From Campylobacterota bacterium (GTDB taxonomy: Bacteria > Campylobacterota > Campylobacteria > Campylobacterales > Arcobacteraceae), in the NCBI GenBank assembly GCA_051746405.1, contig JBNJFB010000002.1:1-64000 (forward strand): a stretch of 64,000 nucleotides of DNA. Reading direction: 5' to 3'. Every line of letters starts with the position of its first letter. Position 1 is the stretch's first letter. Below are positions 16,806-28,471 of the stretch, piece after piece. The notes below the pieces were generated by a model. The model saw nothing but the letters and a program-made list of their open reading frames with translations, had not been told where the DNA came from and did no database searches. A program made the position numbers and the translations under genes.

Positions 16806-18605
16806 TTAACCAATAAAGGCTAATACTTGACCCTCTTCAACTGATTCATTTGGACTTACAACAATCTCTTTAACTGTTCCTGAAACAGGTGAACTAATAT
16901 CAATTTCCATTTTCATAGCTTCTAAAATCATTATTTTTTGACCCTCTTCAACAGTATCACCAACATTTACTAAAATTTTCCAAACATTACCATTTACTGT
17001 TGCAGGAACTTCACTTCCTTCACCACTAGTTGTGTTATTTGAACTTGAAGATATAGCCTCATCATTTGATGATGCTGGAGTAACTTGTATATCAGCATCA
17101 CCTTGGGCAATACTTACATTAAACTTTTGTCCATCTACTACCACAGTATAATTTCCAGTTGCATTACTCATGCTATTTTCTCCTTGTTTATTATCATTTT
17201 CATTTTTTCTAATATTAAGTGGTGAATCACCTTTTAAGAAGTTTATACCTTTTTCATCACAAGCAGCTGCGATAAAAATATTCTCTTCAGTTGTTTCAAT
17301 ACCTTCTTCTTCTAATCTTTTTTTCCACACTGATATCTTTTTATTTTCATCTCTATCTGCAATATCTAAAGGATTTTCTGAAGTTGGTTCCATTTTTAGT
17401 TTTTCAGAAGCTAATTCTACAATTTTTGAATCAGGTTCAACAGGTGTTTTTCCAAAGTAACCTAATACCATTTTTCCATAACCAGGAGCTATTTGATTCC
17501 ATGGTCCAAACATTACATTTGCATAAGCTTGTTGCCAATAAAATTGCGAAACAGGAGTTACAGAAGTACCAAACCCACCTTTTTCAACAACTTCTTGCAT
17601 AGCTTTTATAACTTCAGGGAACTTATCTAATGTTCCACTATCTCTCATCATTTGAGTGTTTGCAGTTAATGCTCCACCCGGCATTGGTGAGAAAGGTATC
17701 AATGGTGATACTTGAGTAGCTTCAGGTGGTATAAAATACTCACTTAAAGACTCTTTAAGAACCTCTTCATATTTTAAGATTTTAGTTGTTTCTAATCCAC
17801 CTAAATCAAAATTTTTACCTTTAACAGCATGTAGCATAGTTAAGATGTCAGGTTGAGATGTACCACCTGAAACAGGTGATGCAGCTAAATCAATACCATC
17901 AGCACCAGCTTCAAGTGCAGCTAAATAACATGCAACTGAAACACCAGCTGTTTCGTGAGTATGAAGTCTAATATGCATCTCATCGCCAACTAAATTTCTA
18001 GCCATTTTAATAGTATCGTAAACTTTTTGTGGAGAAGATGTTCCTGATGCATCTTTGAAGCACAATGAGTCAAAAGGAAGTCCACTATTTAAAATATTTC
18101 TTAATGTTTTTTCATAAAAAGGAACATCATGTGCACCAACACAACCAGGAGGTAAGTCCATTAAAGTAACAACTACCTCATGATTTAGACCATATTTTTT
18201 AATACATTCAGCTGAGTACTCTAAATTTGTTACATCATTTAAAGCATCAAAGTTTCTAATTGTAGTTGTTCCATGTTTTGCGAACATTTTTGCATGAAGA
18301 TCAATAAACTCTCTAGAGCCTGTATCTAACATAACTGTGTTTATACCTCTGGCTAAGGTTTGAAGATTTGCATCTGGACCGACAATTTCTCTAAACTTGT
18401 CCATCATTTCAAATGCATTTTCTTGTAGATAAAAGAAAAGAGACTGAAATCTAGCCCCACCACCAAATTCAAAGTGATTTATACCAGCATCTTTCGCAGC
18501 TTCAACAGCTGGAAAGAAATCCTCCATTAAAACTCTACCTCCAAAGACAGATTGAAATCCATCTCTAAAAGTTGTATCCATGACATCAATATACTTTTTC
18601 GCCAT
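16806..18605 (-). CDS. oadA: Carboxyltransferase plus biotin carrier (oxaloacetate decarboxylase alpha / pyruvate carboxylase B)
   Basis: [21 protein letters not shown] and the EAMKM biotinylation motif. Confidence 0.9.
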   Translation of the reverse strand: MAKKYIDVMDTTFRDGFQSVFGGRVLMEDFFPAVEAAKDAGINHFEFGGGARFQSLFFYLQENAFEMMDKFREIVGPDANLQTLARGINTVMLDTGSREFIDLHAKMFAKHGTTTIRNFDALNDVTNLEYSAECIKKYGLNHEVVVTLMDLPPGCVGAHDVPFYEKTLRNILNSGLPFDSLCFKDASGTSSPQKVYDTIKMARNLVGDEMHIRLHTHETAGVSVACYLAALEAGADGIDLAASPVSGGTSQPDILTMLHAVKGKNFDLGGLETTKILKYEEVLKESLSEYFIPPEATQVSPLIPFSPMPGGALTANTQMMRDSGTLDKFPEVIKAMQEVVEKGGFGTSVTPVSQFYWQQAYANVMFGPWNQIAPGYGKMVLGYFGKTPVEPDSKIVELASEKLKMEPTSENPLDIADRDENKKISVWKKRLEEEGIETTEENIFIAAACDEKGINFLKGDSPLNIRKNENDNKQGENSMSNATGNYTVVVDGQKFNVSIAQGDADIQVTPASSNDEAISSSSNNTTSGEGSEVPATVNGNVWKILVNVGDTVEEGQKIMILEAMKMEIDISSPVSGTVKEIVVSPNESVEEGQVLAFIG

Positions 18606-18611
18606 TTTATT

Positions 18612-18857
18612 TTAACCTTTTAGATTTTTGTGATGTTGAACTGCAGCTATGATAGCAGCTGTTTTTTTTGCAGAATCATTTGATGCAGAAGAAGTCTTTG
18701 CAGACCCACTTGCAGTTGTTTTTCCCTGAGGGAAATACTTCGAAATTAAAGAAGCTTGTGCTTTTAGCACGAAAATTAAAATTATCAAAAATGAGAATAC
18801 AACTCCCATTCCTAATAACATAAACTTAAATGCCTCTGTGACTAAGTTCATTTCCAT
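18612..18857 (-). CDS. oadG: Decarboxylase gamma subunit
   Basis: LLGMGVVFSFLIIL TM and AAIIAAV; start at ATG 18857 with GGAGAG SD. Confidence 0.9.
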   Translation of the reverse strand: MEMNLVTEAFKFMLLGMGVVFSFLIILIFVLKAQASLISKYFPQGKTTASGSAKTSSASNDSAKKTAAIIAAVQHHKNLKG

Positions 18858-19177
18858 AATACTCTCCGTGGTTACCACCATGTATTTTTCAATGTAATAA
18901 TATATAAAACTACCTTTAGTAATATTTATACTCATGTAGTATTTATGTAAAATTTACAAATTCTTTGCATTATAATACTCTGTTTCCAAAATTATAAATC
19001 AATATGTCAACTTTTCTTAAAATTTTTTTTATTATAGTAGACTTTTTTATATTTTTTTCTAACATTTTATGTTCCTTTTTATACAATTATTTCAAATTAT
19101 ATAAAAATATTTTAAATAGCTTGAAAAATATTTCATTTTGTAATATAATGTCTTTATTAAAAAAAGTAGGAGAAGAA

Positions 19178-19834
19178 ATGTTAGATGTTGGTGAAATTAT
19201 TGATAAATTAAAAGATATAGTTAGTGCAGATGGGAAAAATGGTAAAGTTTTTGATAAAGATGTTGCAAAATCTTTAAATTTAAGTCAAGCTAATTTTGCA
19301 ACTATGAAAAATAGAGGTAAAATACCTTATTCAAATATTCTTAATTTTTGTGCATTAAAAAAAATTTCTATAAATTGGTTATTATATAATCAAAACCCAA
19401 ACTCATTACTTGACTCAACTGATAAATACTGGATTAAATACTACCCCTCAGTAAATGTTAGTGCAGGGGGAGGTGCTTATGAAAATGATGACAATTATGA
19501 ATCACTAGAAGTTCCACACTATTTTTTAAATATGCTTGGAGGCAAAGAGAATCTTAAAAACATTGATGCAATTAATGTAGTAGGTGATTCTATGGAACCA
19601 ACACTCAATGATGATAATATTATCTTTGTTGATAAAACAAAAAATGATGCTTCTAGGGATGGAATATATGCGTTTACAACAATTCACGGCCTATTTGTAA
19701 AAAGAATTCAAAGAAGAGTAGATGGAAACCTTGATATTATTTCTGACAATAAAGATTATCCTTTACAAACATTACAAAAAGATGAAATAAATGTTGTTGG
19801 AAGGGTTATAAGCTCTTTTGGAATGGTATTTTAA
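19178..19834 (+). CDS. LexA/CI-like repressor with S24 autopeptidase domain
   Basis: HTH, VSAGGG cleavage site, GDSMEP Ser, VKR Lys; ATG 19178 with AGGAG SD. Confidence 0.9.
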   Translation: MLDVGEIIDKLKDIVSADGKNGKVFDKDVAKSLNLSQANFATMKNRGKIPYSNILNFCALKKISINWLLYNQNPNSLLDSTDKYWIKYYPSVNVSAGGGAYENDDNYESLEVPHYFLNMLGGKENLKNIDAINVVGDSMEPTLNDDNIIFVDKTKNDASRDGIYAFTTIHGLFVKRIQRRVDGNLDIISDNKDYPLQTLQKDEINVVGRVISSFGMVF

Positions 19835-19846
19835 AATAATTAGAAA

Positions 19847-20833
19847 TTAGAAAAGTGTAGGTTGCTTTTCTAATTCTTCAAATAACTCAATTATTTCATT
19901 GTAACTAAAATCTATTATATAAACTAAGTTAAAATCTCTTTTTTTTAAAATAGGTTTTAACTCACTTAATTTATCTATTACTATCTGCTCTTTATCCAAA
20001 AAGTTTTTATAATATTTAGTAATATATAGTTTATTAGCATATTTAAAGTTTTTTTCTAAAAAATCAAGCTCTTTCATTATAAGTTGATAATCATTCTGAC
20101 AGATAATAAACTTATCACTTTTACCAAACTCTATTATATTTAAACTTTTATCTAGAAAAATAGGTCTAAAATGAGATATACTTTTTAGTTTTGAATAGTC
20201 TAAAGGAGAGTTTAAAAAATAGTAAACATCTAAAAATTGTGGTATATAAATACTAGGTATTCTAAGTTTTGAGAAAAAAGTACCATTGTGAGTAAATGAA
20301 ACTTCAAATAAAGAGTGTACTACTAAGTTTTTAAAATTATAACTACCTCTATTAAAATCTAAACTATTAGGATAAATTTTATTTAGTAGCTCTTTATTTG
20401 TAGATACAATAATATCACTATTTTCAATATTGTCTATATTTTTAATAAATGTTTCAATATCATCAAAAAATCTAATTTTTTTAGACGAAGAGTGACTAAA
20501 TACTCTTAAAAAATCGTATGTTAAAGTATCTGTAAAGTATGATTTTAAATCATAATTAGCAAGCTTAAATCGAATCAGTTGAATTAATGCTAAATTTATA
20601 TCTTCTACTTTAATCCATGCTATTTCATTATCTATAATAGGGTGGTTTTCATCTATTATAACTGCAAAAGCACCATTTTGAACTGCTAAAGAAATTGAGT
20701 CTATTTCTTTAGCAATAAATAAATCTCCCTCTTTAACTTTTTTGCAGTCAGTCTTAAATGAGTAAATAAATGAAATAGAAGGAGAGTTTAGCAACTCTCC
20801 ATTTACTATATCTATTAAAGAAGATATTCTCAC
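19847..20833 (-). CDS. Conserved hypothetical protein with a Mur-ligase-like N-terminal domain
   Basis: TDCKKVKEGDLFIA...AVQNGAFAVI resembles the MurE/F N-domain; no P-loop seen. Confidence 0.65.
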   Translation of the reverse strand: MRISSLIDIVNGELLNSPSISFIYSFKTDCKKVKEGDLFIAKEIDSISLAVQNGAFAVIIDENHPIIDNEIAWIKVEDINLALIQLIRFKLANYDLKSYFTDTLTYDFLRVFSHSSSKKIRFFDDIETFIKNIDNIENSDIIVSTNKELLNKIYPNSLDFNRGSYNFKNLVVHSLFEVSFTHNGTFFSKLRIPSIYIPQFLDVYYFLNSPLDYSKLKSISHFRPIFLDKSLNIIEFGKSDKFIICQNDYQLIMKELDFLEKNFKYANKLYITKYYKNFLDKEQIVIDKLSELKPILKKRDFNLVYIIDFSYNEIIELFEELEKQPTLF

Positions 20834-22776
20834 TAGCTTATTTTTGTACCTATTTTTTTACTTTTTTCAGGTCTTATTAAACAAAGTCCATCTTCATCTT
20901 TTGCTGCTAAAAGCATCCCTTCACTTAACATACCCATTAGTTTTGCTGGTTTTAAGTTAGCAACAACACAAACTTGTGTTCCCACTAACTCTTGGGTATT
21001 ATAAAACTCTTTTATACCTGCTACAACTTGTCTTGGTTTGTCTTCACCTAAATCAACTTGTAGCTTTAATAGTTTCTTAGATTTTGGAACCTCAAAAGCT
21101 TCTATAATAGTTCCTACTTTTATAGTAGTTTCAAAAAATTTATCAATTGTGATTAAGTTATCTTCTTCTTTACTTTTTTCACTCTTTTTTTCAACTTCAT
21201 TTTTAGAAACATTTGTTGAGTTTGGTTGTTTTAATAAAACCTCTTCTATTTTTGGGAAAAGTTGTCCAACTTTTGTAATAGTTGTAGATTCTAATAACTC
21301 TTTATTTAAAATAAAAGATTTATATGTGTTAGTATCTATACTTATTCCTAAAGACTTAGCTATTAGTTTTATTTTTTTAGGCATAACACAATCCAGTAAA
21401 AGTGCAACTTTTGCCATAATATTTGTAATCAATGCAACTAATGCCATTGCTTCTTGTGTTTTACCTTCTTTCATCTTACTCCAAGGTTCATAATCACCAA
21501 TAGCTTTATTTGCAATAGTTAAAATCTTCCAAATCTCTTCTAAATACCTATTTAGTTGCATATTAAATACATAATCTTCTAATGTATCAATTATACTATT
21601 TACTTCATCTAACTCTTTTTTATGGTATTTTTCAACATCTTTTGAGTCTATTTTAAAGTCAAAATATTTTCCTGACATTCCAGATATTCTATTTAATAAG
21701 TTTCCTAAGTCATTTCCTAAATCAGAGTTTATTCTATCCATTAAAGCTTTTTGTGAAAAATCACCATCTTGTCCAAAAGGCACTTCTCTTAACATAAAAT
21801 ATCTAAATGCATCTAAGCCATAAGCATCTGCTACTTCTTTTGGATTTACTACATTCCCTTTTGATTTTGACATTTTTTCACCATCTCTTGTCCACCATCC
21901 ATGAGCTGAAATATGTTTTGGCAATGGTAAATCTAAAGACATTAAGAATGCAGGCCAATAAACAGAATGGAATCTTAAAATATCTTTTCCAACTAAATGG
22001 ATATTTGCAGGCCAATAATCCATATGATGTTCAATAGAACCATATCCAAGTGCAGTTATATAGTTCATAAGTGCATCTAGCCACACATACATCACATGTT
22101 TTGGTTCGTTCATTGAGTTTGGTAGTTTTACACCCCAATCAAATGATGTTCTTGAAATAGAGAGATCTCTTAGTCCACCTTTTACAAAGTTTGAAATCTC
22201 ACTCTTTTTTGATCTTGGTAAAATACAGTCATCATTTTGCTCATACCATTTTATTAATTTATCTTCATATTTAGATAACTTAAAAAAGTAACTCTCTTCT
22301 TGAATTATTGAAGTTGGTTTACCACAGTCAGGACAAAACTGCTCATCAACTAGCTGCTTTTCAGTAAAAAATGTCTCACAAGATACACAGTAAAAACCTT
22401 CATATTCACCTTTATAAATATCACCTTTTTCATACATTTTTTCAAATGCTTTTTGTACACCTAGCTTATGTTCATCATCTGTTGTTCTAATAAACTTATC
22501 ATAAGTGATATCAAAATCATCCCAAAGCTGTTTAAACTTACCTGATACTTCATTTGCATACTCTTGTGGGCTTCTTCCTCTTTGTTGGGCACTTTGAGCA
22601 ATTTTTTGTCCATGCTCATCAGTTCCTGTTAAAAAATATGTGTTATGTCCTGATAACCTAGAGTACCTAGCTAACATATCTCCAATTATTGTAGTATATG
22701 CATGTCCTATATGAGCTATATCATTTACATAATAAATTGGAGTTGTTATATATACGTTTTCACAAGATTGTTCCAT
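20833..22776 (-). CDS. metG: Methionyl-tRNA synthetase
   Basis: HIGH, KMSKS, Zn knuckle, C-terminal tRNA-binding domain. Confidence 0.97.
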   Translation of the reverse strand: MEQSCENVYITTPIYYVNDIAHIGHAYTTIIGDMLARYSRLSGHNTYFLTGTDEHGQKIAQSAQQRGRSPQEYANEVSGKFKQLWDDFDITYDKFIRTTDDEHKLGVQKAFEKMYEKGDIYKGEYEGFYCVSCETFFTEKQLVDEQFCPDCGKPTSIIQEESYFFKLSKYEDKLIKWYEQNDDCILPRSKKSEISNFVKGGLRDLSISRTSFDWGVKLPNSMNEPKHVMYVWLDALMNYITALGYGSIEHHMDYWPANIHLVGKDILRFHSVYWPAFLMSLDLPLPKHISAHGWWTRDGEKMSKSKGNVVNPKEVADAYGLDAFRYFMLREVPFGQDGDFSQKALMDRINSDLGNDLGNLLNRISGMSGKYFDFKIDSKDVEKYHKKELDEVNSIIDTLEDYVFNMQLNRYLEEIWKILTIANKAIGDYEPWSKMKEGKTQEAMALVALITNIMAKVALLLDCVMPKKIKLIAKSLGISIDTNTYKSFILNKELLESTTITKVGQLFPKIEEVLLKQPNSTNVSKNEVEKKSEKSKEEDNLITIDKFFETTIKVGTIIEAFEVPKSKKLLKLQVDLGEDKPRQVVAGIKEFYNTQELVGTQVCVVANLKPAKLMGMLSEGMLLAAKDEDGLCLIRPEKSKKIGTKIS

Positions 22777-22798
22777 TTTTTACCTCTTCTTATTTTTT

Positions 22799-23008
22799 TT
22801 AAAACTCAAAGCCACCACCTGAGCCTTTATTCATTGACTCATAAACAGCAACTACATAACTTTTTCTTAAGTGACACTCAAAAAACTTCTCACATGGAGT
22901 ACACGAGCTTAAGCCATTAGACTCTTGACAGGATTTTAACTCTTTTAATTTATTTTCAAGTTTTAAGTCCCACTCATCTATAATAAGTTCTTCTTTATTG
23001 TTATCCAT
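22799..23008 (-). CDS. Small Cys-rich conserved hypothetical protein
   Basis: CQ...SCTPC...EC...[14 protein letters not shown]. Confidence 0.8.
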   Translation of the reverse strand: MDNNKEELIIDEWDLKLENKLKELKSCQESNGLSSCTPCEKFFECHLRKSYVVAVYESMNKGSGGGFEF

Positions 23009-23843
23009 TTTTTCTATATACTTCTAAAACTCTATTTATTTCATCTTTTGAACCAAAGAAACAAGGTGTTGTATCGTGAATATGAGTTGTTTCAATCTCT
23101 AATACTCTTTTAAATCCATCAATTGCACCACCATTTGCTTTTTCATATATAAAAGCAAATGGAAAAACTTCAAAAAGTTGTCTTAATTTTCCTTTTGGTC
23201 TATCAGATGTTCCTGGATAAGAGAATAGCCCTCCACCTTTTAATAAAATCTGATGTAAGTCAGGTACCATACCACCTGAATATCTTAATCTATAACCATC
23301 ACTGAAAATATCATCTATCATCTTTTTATGATATGAAGTCCAACAATTTTGAGTTGAACCTGATGCATTTATATTACCTCTTTGTTTTAAACTAATATCT
23401 CGAATATATTTAAACTCACCTTTTAATAATCTATACAGCTTAACATCTTCATTAGCAACTACAAGTTCAACTCTTGGACCAAATACAACATAAACAGCAG
23501 AAATAAGATTTTTTGCACTATAATCTTCTTTATAAATACCATAAATAGAACCAACAGATAGATTTACATCAACCAATGATGAACCATCTAATGGATCATA
23601 AGCTATTAAATATTCACCATCTTTATTTAATGAAATAATCTCTTCTTGCTCTTCTGAAACAATTGATTTTATACTTGAAATTTCTTTAAATATATTCTCA
23701 ATGATTCTATCGCTTTGAATATCTAATTTAAGTTGAGTATCTCCAGTTGAGTTTTCATTTTCACTTTTACTAGTATCACCATTTTGTATTAAATCTTTTA
23801 TCTCTATGCTTGCTTGTTTTATTGCTTTTAATATGTCTTGCAT
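23001..23843 (-). CDS. fbp: Fructose-1,6-bisphosphatase class I
   Basis: [24 protein letters not shown]. Confidence 0.96.
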   Translation of the reverse strand: MQDILKAIKQASIEIKDLIQNGDTSKSENENSTGDTQLKLDIQSDRIIENIFKEISSIKSIVSEEQEEIISLNKDGEYLIAYDPLDGSSLVDVNLSVGSIYGIYKEDYSAKNLISAVYVVFGPRVELVVANEDVKLYRLLKGEFKYIRDISLKQRGNINASGSTQNCWTSYHKKMIDDIFSDGYRLRYSGGMVPDLHQILLKGGGLFSYPGTSDRPKGKLRQLFEVFPFAFIYEKANGGAIDGFKRVLEIETTHIHDTTPCFFGSKDEINRVLEVYRKNG

Positions 23844-24341
23844 TTATACTCTCTTTGAATTTTTATTAATCCACGAAATTATTTCATCAATATCATTTAA
23901 ATCTAATCTATCAATAGATGAGGGAATATCACTTTTTTTTATACTATCATCAGTAGCAATAGCATTTGAAAAAGGAAAATAGCTATTTTCTAAACTATTT
24001 CTAAAAATAGAAATTCTAGGCAAGTCAAGTATTTTTAAACCCTCAACAATTAAATAATCAAAATCATCAAAAACATCAATTAAATTTTCTATAGAAGAAC
24101 ACTCTTGCTTGAAAACTGTAGTTCTTGTTGGACTTACTACAGCCACATCTGCACCTGCTTGAGAAAATTTATATGAATCTTTTCCAACTGTATCAAATAC
24201 AGCTTTATCTTTTGGGTCATGCTTTACTACACAAACTTTAAAACCTTGCTTAATTAAAGTATTTGATAGTTTAACTATAGTTGTTGTTTTACCACTATTA
24301 GATGGCCCAGATATTGCTACTACTAATCTTTTTTTATTCAT
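23844..24341 (-). CDS. mobB: Molybdopterin-guanine dinucleotide biosynthesis protein B
   Basis: GPSNSGKTT, KHD, GKDS, VEG motifs. Confidence 0.92.
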   Translation of the reverse strand: MNKKRLVVAISGPSNSGKTTTIVKLSNTLIKQGFKVCVVKHDPKDKAVFDTVGKDSYKFSQAGADVAVVSPTRTTVFKQECSSIENLIDVFDDFDYLIVEGLKILDLPRISIFRNSLENSYFPFSNAIATDDSIKKSDIPSSIDRLDLNDIDEIISWINKNSKRV

Positions 24342-24386
24342 AATTGGGATTATACCTAAAAAGTAGTTAAAATATATTTATAGACT

Positions 24387-24752
24387 TCAATTTATAATGT
24401 AGTTATTCATAATTAAGTCAGCCAAGCCTTTTGTTTTACCCAAATGAGGTAATATGGTCACTTCACATTTTGAATATTCTGTTTTAAATCTGTTTATAGA
24501 GTTTGGGATATCTACTTTCACATGCTTTCCCTTAGCAAGGAAATAGGGCAGTACTTTTATTGAAGCAGTACTATTTGCACTTAAAATCTCTTCTAATACA
24601 TCATCAAAACTAGGTGTTGCTAATTCCAAATAAGCATACTTTACAATATAAATACCCTCACTTAATACTTCAATACTTTTAGCTAAACTTGCAATCTCTT
24701 TATTTGATTCTTCCAGTTTGCTACCATGGGCTACTATTAATAGTATTTGCAT
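24387..24752 (-). CDS. CbiX/SirB-type sirohydrochlorin chelatase (short form)
   Basis: AHGS, YLELATP, PYFLAKGKHVKVDIP. Confidence 0.88.
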   Translation of the reverse strand: MQILLIVAHGSKLEESNKEIASLAKSIEVLSEGIYIVKYAYLELATPSFDDVLEEILSANSTASIKVLPYFLAKGKHVKVDIPNSINRFKTEYSKCEVTILPHLGKTKGLADLIMNNYIIN

Positions 24753-24852
24753 AAATCTCCTTTTTGTTAAAATAGTACAATATTTTTCTAAAAATTAATA
24801 TATATTTTAGATATTTAAAGTAAAATTGAGTTTTAAATTAATCGGAGCTTAT

Positions 24853-25317
24853 ATGTATAAAACAATTATTTTCTCACTTGTTTCATTTAGTTTTATAGCT
24901 TGTTCTCAAACTACAGCATTAAAACATTTTCAAACCCAAACTTCAAAAGCTAGAGCAACACAAGATACACAAAAGATAGATATTATTGAAAATAACGAAG
25001 TTAAAGCACTTTTTTGGGCAACATACTTAAATAATATAAAAAAGTCTCAAGATCATAGATTTTTATTATCTATATATTTCACTAATGACTATAAAGATGA
25101 ATATAAAAATATCTCAACAAAAAAGTTTTTATTAAATGAACAAAAAGCTAAAACATTGAAACAAATAGATGGTGATAAATTCTCTTCAATACTTCAAAAT
25201 AGACCCTGGGCGAAGCACTATATTGTTTCATTTGAGAAACAAAAAAACAGTATAGACTTCTTGGATTTGAATTTTATTAATAATTCAAACCCTGTAAGTT
25301 TAAGGTTTCAAAAATAG
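24853..25317 (+). CDS. Putative lipoprotein
   Basis: Signal peptide with FIAC lipobox from ATG 24853; GGAG SD. Confidence 0.75.
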   Translation: MYKTIIFSLVSFSFIACSQTTALKHFQTQTSKARATQDTQKIDIIENNEVKALFWATYLNNIKKSQDHRFLLSIYFTNDYKDEYKNISTKKFLLNEQKAKTLKQIDGDKFSSILQNRPWAKHYIVSFEKQKNSIDFLDLNFINNSNPVSLRFQK

Positions 25318-26953
25318 AAGATAACTTAATCTTCTTATCTTGTAAGTGATTATAGTAAATATAGTAGTTGGCTAAGACTTTTTTTCCATATCTTCTTGTT
25401 TCATTATATGAAATCAACTCCATACTTAAATATGGTTCAAATTTGCTACTTGTATCTTGAAAATGTCCTCTTCTAAATTGACTTTTTGTATATCCTGGAC
25501 CACCGTTATAAGCATATGCAATAAATAATGGATTATTTTTAAAAGATTTTTTTAATACATTTAAATGTCTATTTGCATATGTTAGATTAACCTCAGGAAT
25601 AAACTGCTCATAAATATTATAAGGTTCTTTATACTGCTTAGCAATTGCTTTTGATAAAAAAGGCATAATCTGCATCATTCCTTGAGCTGTAGCAAATGAT
25701 ATAGCTGATGGAATATATCTACTTTCTTGTCTTGCAATAGCGTAAATAAGAACTTGATTATCTAAACTAAACTTGCTTACTACATCTTTATATGGAGTTA
25801 TAAAGTACTGCTTTTTATACTTATGATATCTTTCTAATAAATAAGCATAATGAGGAGCTGTTCTTTTAGATGAAAATATTTGCTTATATTTTTCTAACTT
25901 CTCTTCATCTAAATTTTCTTTAATATCTCTTAATACTTTTATCCATTCAAATTGATTTGTTATATCAAAAGTAGTTTCTTTATTTAATAAATCAACCTCA
26001 TAAAACAGATTTTCCATTGGCTTATTTAGCTTCTCTTTTGCATATATTGAGTATATATTTACATCCCAACTATTTGAAAGCTTTTGTAAAGTTTCATCAC
26101 TACTATTTAGTAGATATTGCCAAAATAGAACCTTGTCCTTATCCATTCTAAAGTATGCTTTATTAAATGCAATTTCTAAATACTCTTTTGCAACTTCAAG
26201 TTTTTTGTATCTTATTAAATTCATAGCTAAAAAAAACATAGATTGATGTGAAATATTAGAGTTATCTTTAACTTCAAATAGTGATTTTTGGATATTATCA
26301 TATTTAGGATTTGGAACAACATATCTTACAAACTCATTAAAACTCTTATCTTCAGATATTTTATCAATAAAAAACTGTGGCATAGGATAGTTTATCTCTT
26401 TTAATCTATACTCTTCGCCTGTATCAAAAAATATTCTATAAAATCTATGTGGATATGTTTCAAGTAGAGCTAAAAAAGGTGAAACAGATGCCATAACCTC
26501 AAGGTCATTTTGCAAAGTAGGGTACTGCTCAATTCTATTTGATGCTTCTTTTATATACTTTTTAGACAACCTTGTTGCTTCTTTAAGACTTAATCCTAAA
26601 GCTAAACATCTATCTTCAAATAGAAATAACTCTTTTGTTTTAGCTTTGTAACATTTTAAATCTTCAACAGGTATATCTTCAAACCTTTTATAGGCTCTTT
26701 TAACTCTACCATTTTTTCTTTTTGCCATTTCATAAGCTTCTTTTGCATCTTCTTTTGAAATATCTTCTTTATTTAAAAATTGTATTATAAAAAAATCTTT
26801 TGCATATGATTTGGGCTTACTTTTTAGCCATGATAGGGAAACATTAAAGTTTTCATGAGTAATAGGAAGTTCATTTGAAGGGTTTATATTTGTATTTGCA
26901 ACCCCAACAGTAATCAAAAAAGAACAAATTAGTGAAGTGCTTAGCCTTTTCAT
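25277..26953 (-). CDS. slt: Soluble lytic transglycosylase
   Basis: AIARQES, GMMQIMP, AYNGG, ETRRYGKKV. Confidence 0.9.
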   Translation of the reverse strand: MKRLSTSLICSFLITVGVANTNINPSNELPITHENFNVSLSWLKSKPKSYAKDFFIIQFLNKEDISKEDAKEAYEMAKRKNGRVKRAYKRFEDIPVEDLKCYKAKTKELFLFEDRCLALGLSLKEATRLSKKYIKEASNRIEQYPTLQNDLEVMASVSPFLALLETYPHRFYRIFFDTGEEYRLKEINYPMPQFFIDKISEDKSFNEFVRYVVPNPKYDNIQKSLFEVKDNSNISHQSMFFLAMNLIRYKKLEVAKEYLEIAFNKAYFRMDKDKVLFWQYLLNSSDETLQKLSNSWDVNIYSIYAKEKLNKPMENLFYEVDLLNKETTFDITNQFEWIKVLRDIKENLDEEKLEKYKQIFSSKRTAPHYAYLLERYHKYKKQYFITPYKDVVSKFSLDNQVLIYAIARQESRYIPSAISFATAQGMMQIMPFLSKAIAKQYKEPYNIYEQFIPEVNLTYANRHLNVLKKSFKNNPLFIAYAYNGGPGYTKSQFRRGHFQDTSSKFEPYLSMELISYNETRRYGKKVLANYYIYYNHLQDKKIKLSSIFETLNLQGLNY

Positions 26954-26955
26954 GA

Positions 26956-27228
26956 TTAAAAGGCTAAACTTCTAAGAAATGTTTCTAGAAAAATTAGTGC
27001 AAATATAAGAATAATCGGGGCTAAATCCATACCACCAAATACAGTAGGTATATATTTTCTTACAAGTGCATATGCAGGCTCTGTTAACCTATATAACATT
27101 TGTACAATAGGATTATAAGGGTCGGGTCTAACCCATGTTAATATTGCAGAGATAATAATAACCCATTTATATAAAAATATTATTCCTAAAACTACAGTAA
27201 ATGCTGATTGTAAAAATGCATCTATCAT
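26956..27228 (-). CDS. yggT: YggT family membrane protein
   Basis: [11 protein letters not shown]...LTEP...DLAPI. Confidence 0.92.
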   Translation of the reverse strand: MIDAFLQSAFTVVLGIIFLYKWVIIISAILTWVRPDPYNPIVQMLYRLTEPAYALVRKYIPTVFGGMDLAPIILIFALIFLETFLRSLAF

Positions 27229-28469
27229 TTTACTATTTCTCCTATATAATTTTTAATAAGTGGATAAACATCAGATGATTTTGGTCCACTTTGGCTACCT
27301 GTTAAAATATACCTCAATGGTTTAAATAAAGATTCATCTTTTAGTTTTGTATTTTGTTTAATATAATTTTCTAATTCATTTAAGTCTTCAAAAAACGGTG
27401 CTTTCTGTAAGCAATTTTTTAATTGTACAAACTCATCTTCAAAACCTTTAAGTGTTGATTTTGGTTCAAATATATATTTTATCTTTGAATGAAGCTCTTT
27501 TAGAGTACTAGCTTCTTGTAAAAATAGTTTTGCTAGTTTTCCAAGATCCCAATCAGCAAAACCTAAAAGTTTTGAAAGTCTCATTTCATCCATTTCTTCT
27601 AAATGCTTTTTATTTATAGATTTTAATTTATCAATATCAAATGATACTGCCTCTTTTGATATATTTTCAATATTAAACCAAGAAATAGCCTCCTCAAGAG
27701 TAAAAATCTCTTTAGGCGTCTCATTTCCTAATAAAACTAAATAATTAGCAATAGCACTAGGTAAAAACCCCTCATCAATAAGCCATTTAATAAAGTTATC
27801 ATCATCTTTATTTGTATTATCAATAGCAGGTATATGTATATAATCAAGCTGTTTATCATATCCTAATAGCTCTCTTACATAAATCTGTTTAGGAGTATTT
27901 GATATAAACTCTTCACTTCTTATTACTGTTGTAATATTCATAAGCATATCATCAACAGCACAAGCATAGTTATAAGTTGGACTTTTATCTTGTCTTAATA
28001 TAATAAATGAATCAATGTCGTTAAACTTTGTATTAGATTCAGGCTTTTTTATTCTAACTCTAAAAGGAGCATTAGTGTTTAATACTAATTCATCAGATAA
28101 ATTCTCACAAAATCCATCATATTTAAAAGGTTTATTCTCTTTTTTTGCTTCTTGTTTTAACTCATCTAATTTTTCATCACTACAAAAACAAGCAAATGCT
28201 TTTTTCTTTGACATAAGCTGCATTGCCATTTTTTGATGATACTTTAAAAAATCACTTTCATATACAACTCTTGCATGGTTGATTGAGAAAAGATTTAAAA
28301 ACTCTAATATCTCTTTGTCTTTTCCTTCAATATTTTTTTGTTTATTTGCATCTTCTATTCTTATAGCTAAGTCTTCATTTTTTTGACAAGATACAATATA
28401 GTTAAAAATAGCAACTCTTAAGTCACTTATATCCATGTTTTTTGTTGGGCTTATTGCGAATCTTAACAA
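27225..28469 (-). CDS. gltX2: Glutamyl-tRNA synthetase 2-like protein with degenerate catalytic motifs
   Basis: [26 protein letters not shown] reads DISD and KMSK is absent. Confidence 0.85.
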   Translation of the reverse strand: MLRFAISPTKNMDISDLRVAIFNYIVSCQKNEDLAIRIEDANKQKNIEGKDKEILEFLNLFSINHARVVYESDFLKYHQKMAMQLMSKKKAFACFCSDEKLDELKQEAKKENKPFKYDGFCENLSDELVLNTNAPFRVRIKKPESNTKFNDIDSFIILRQDKSPTYNYACAVDDMLMNITTVIRSEEFISNTPKQIYVRELLGYDKQLDYIHIPAIDNTNKDDDNFIKWLIDEGFLPSAIANYLVLLGNETPKEIFTLEEAISWFNIENISKEAVSFDIDKLKSINKKHLEEMDEMRLSKLLGFADWDLGKLAKLFLQEASTLKELHSKIKYIFEPKSTLKGFEDEFVQLKNCLQKAPFFEDLNELENYIKQNTKLKDESLFKPLRYILTGSQSGPKSSDVYPLIKNYIGEIVK

Positions 28470-28471
28470 AT

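Noticed and set aside
13854..18857. oadG-oadA-oadB-pckA cluster as a novel system
   Set aside because: A known Na+-translocating decarboxylase arrangement with intact motifs
19004..19834. Prophage remnant around the CI-like gene, and the longer 19004 start
   Set aside because: No other phage genes nearby; the extension is AT-rich promoter sequence and ATG 19178 has a clear SD
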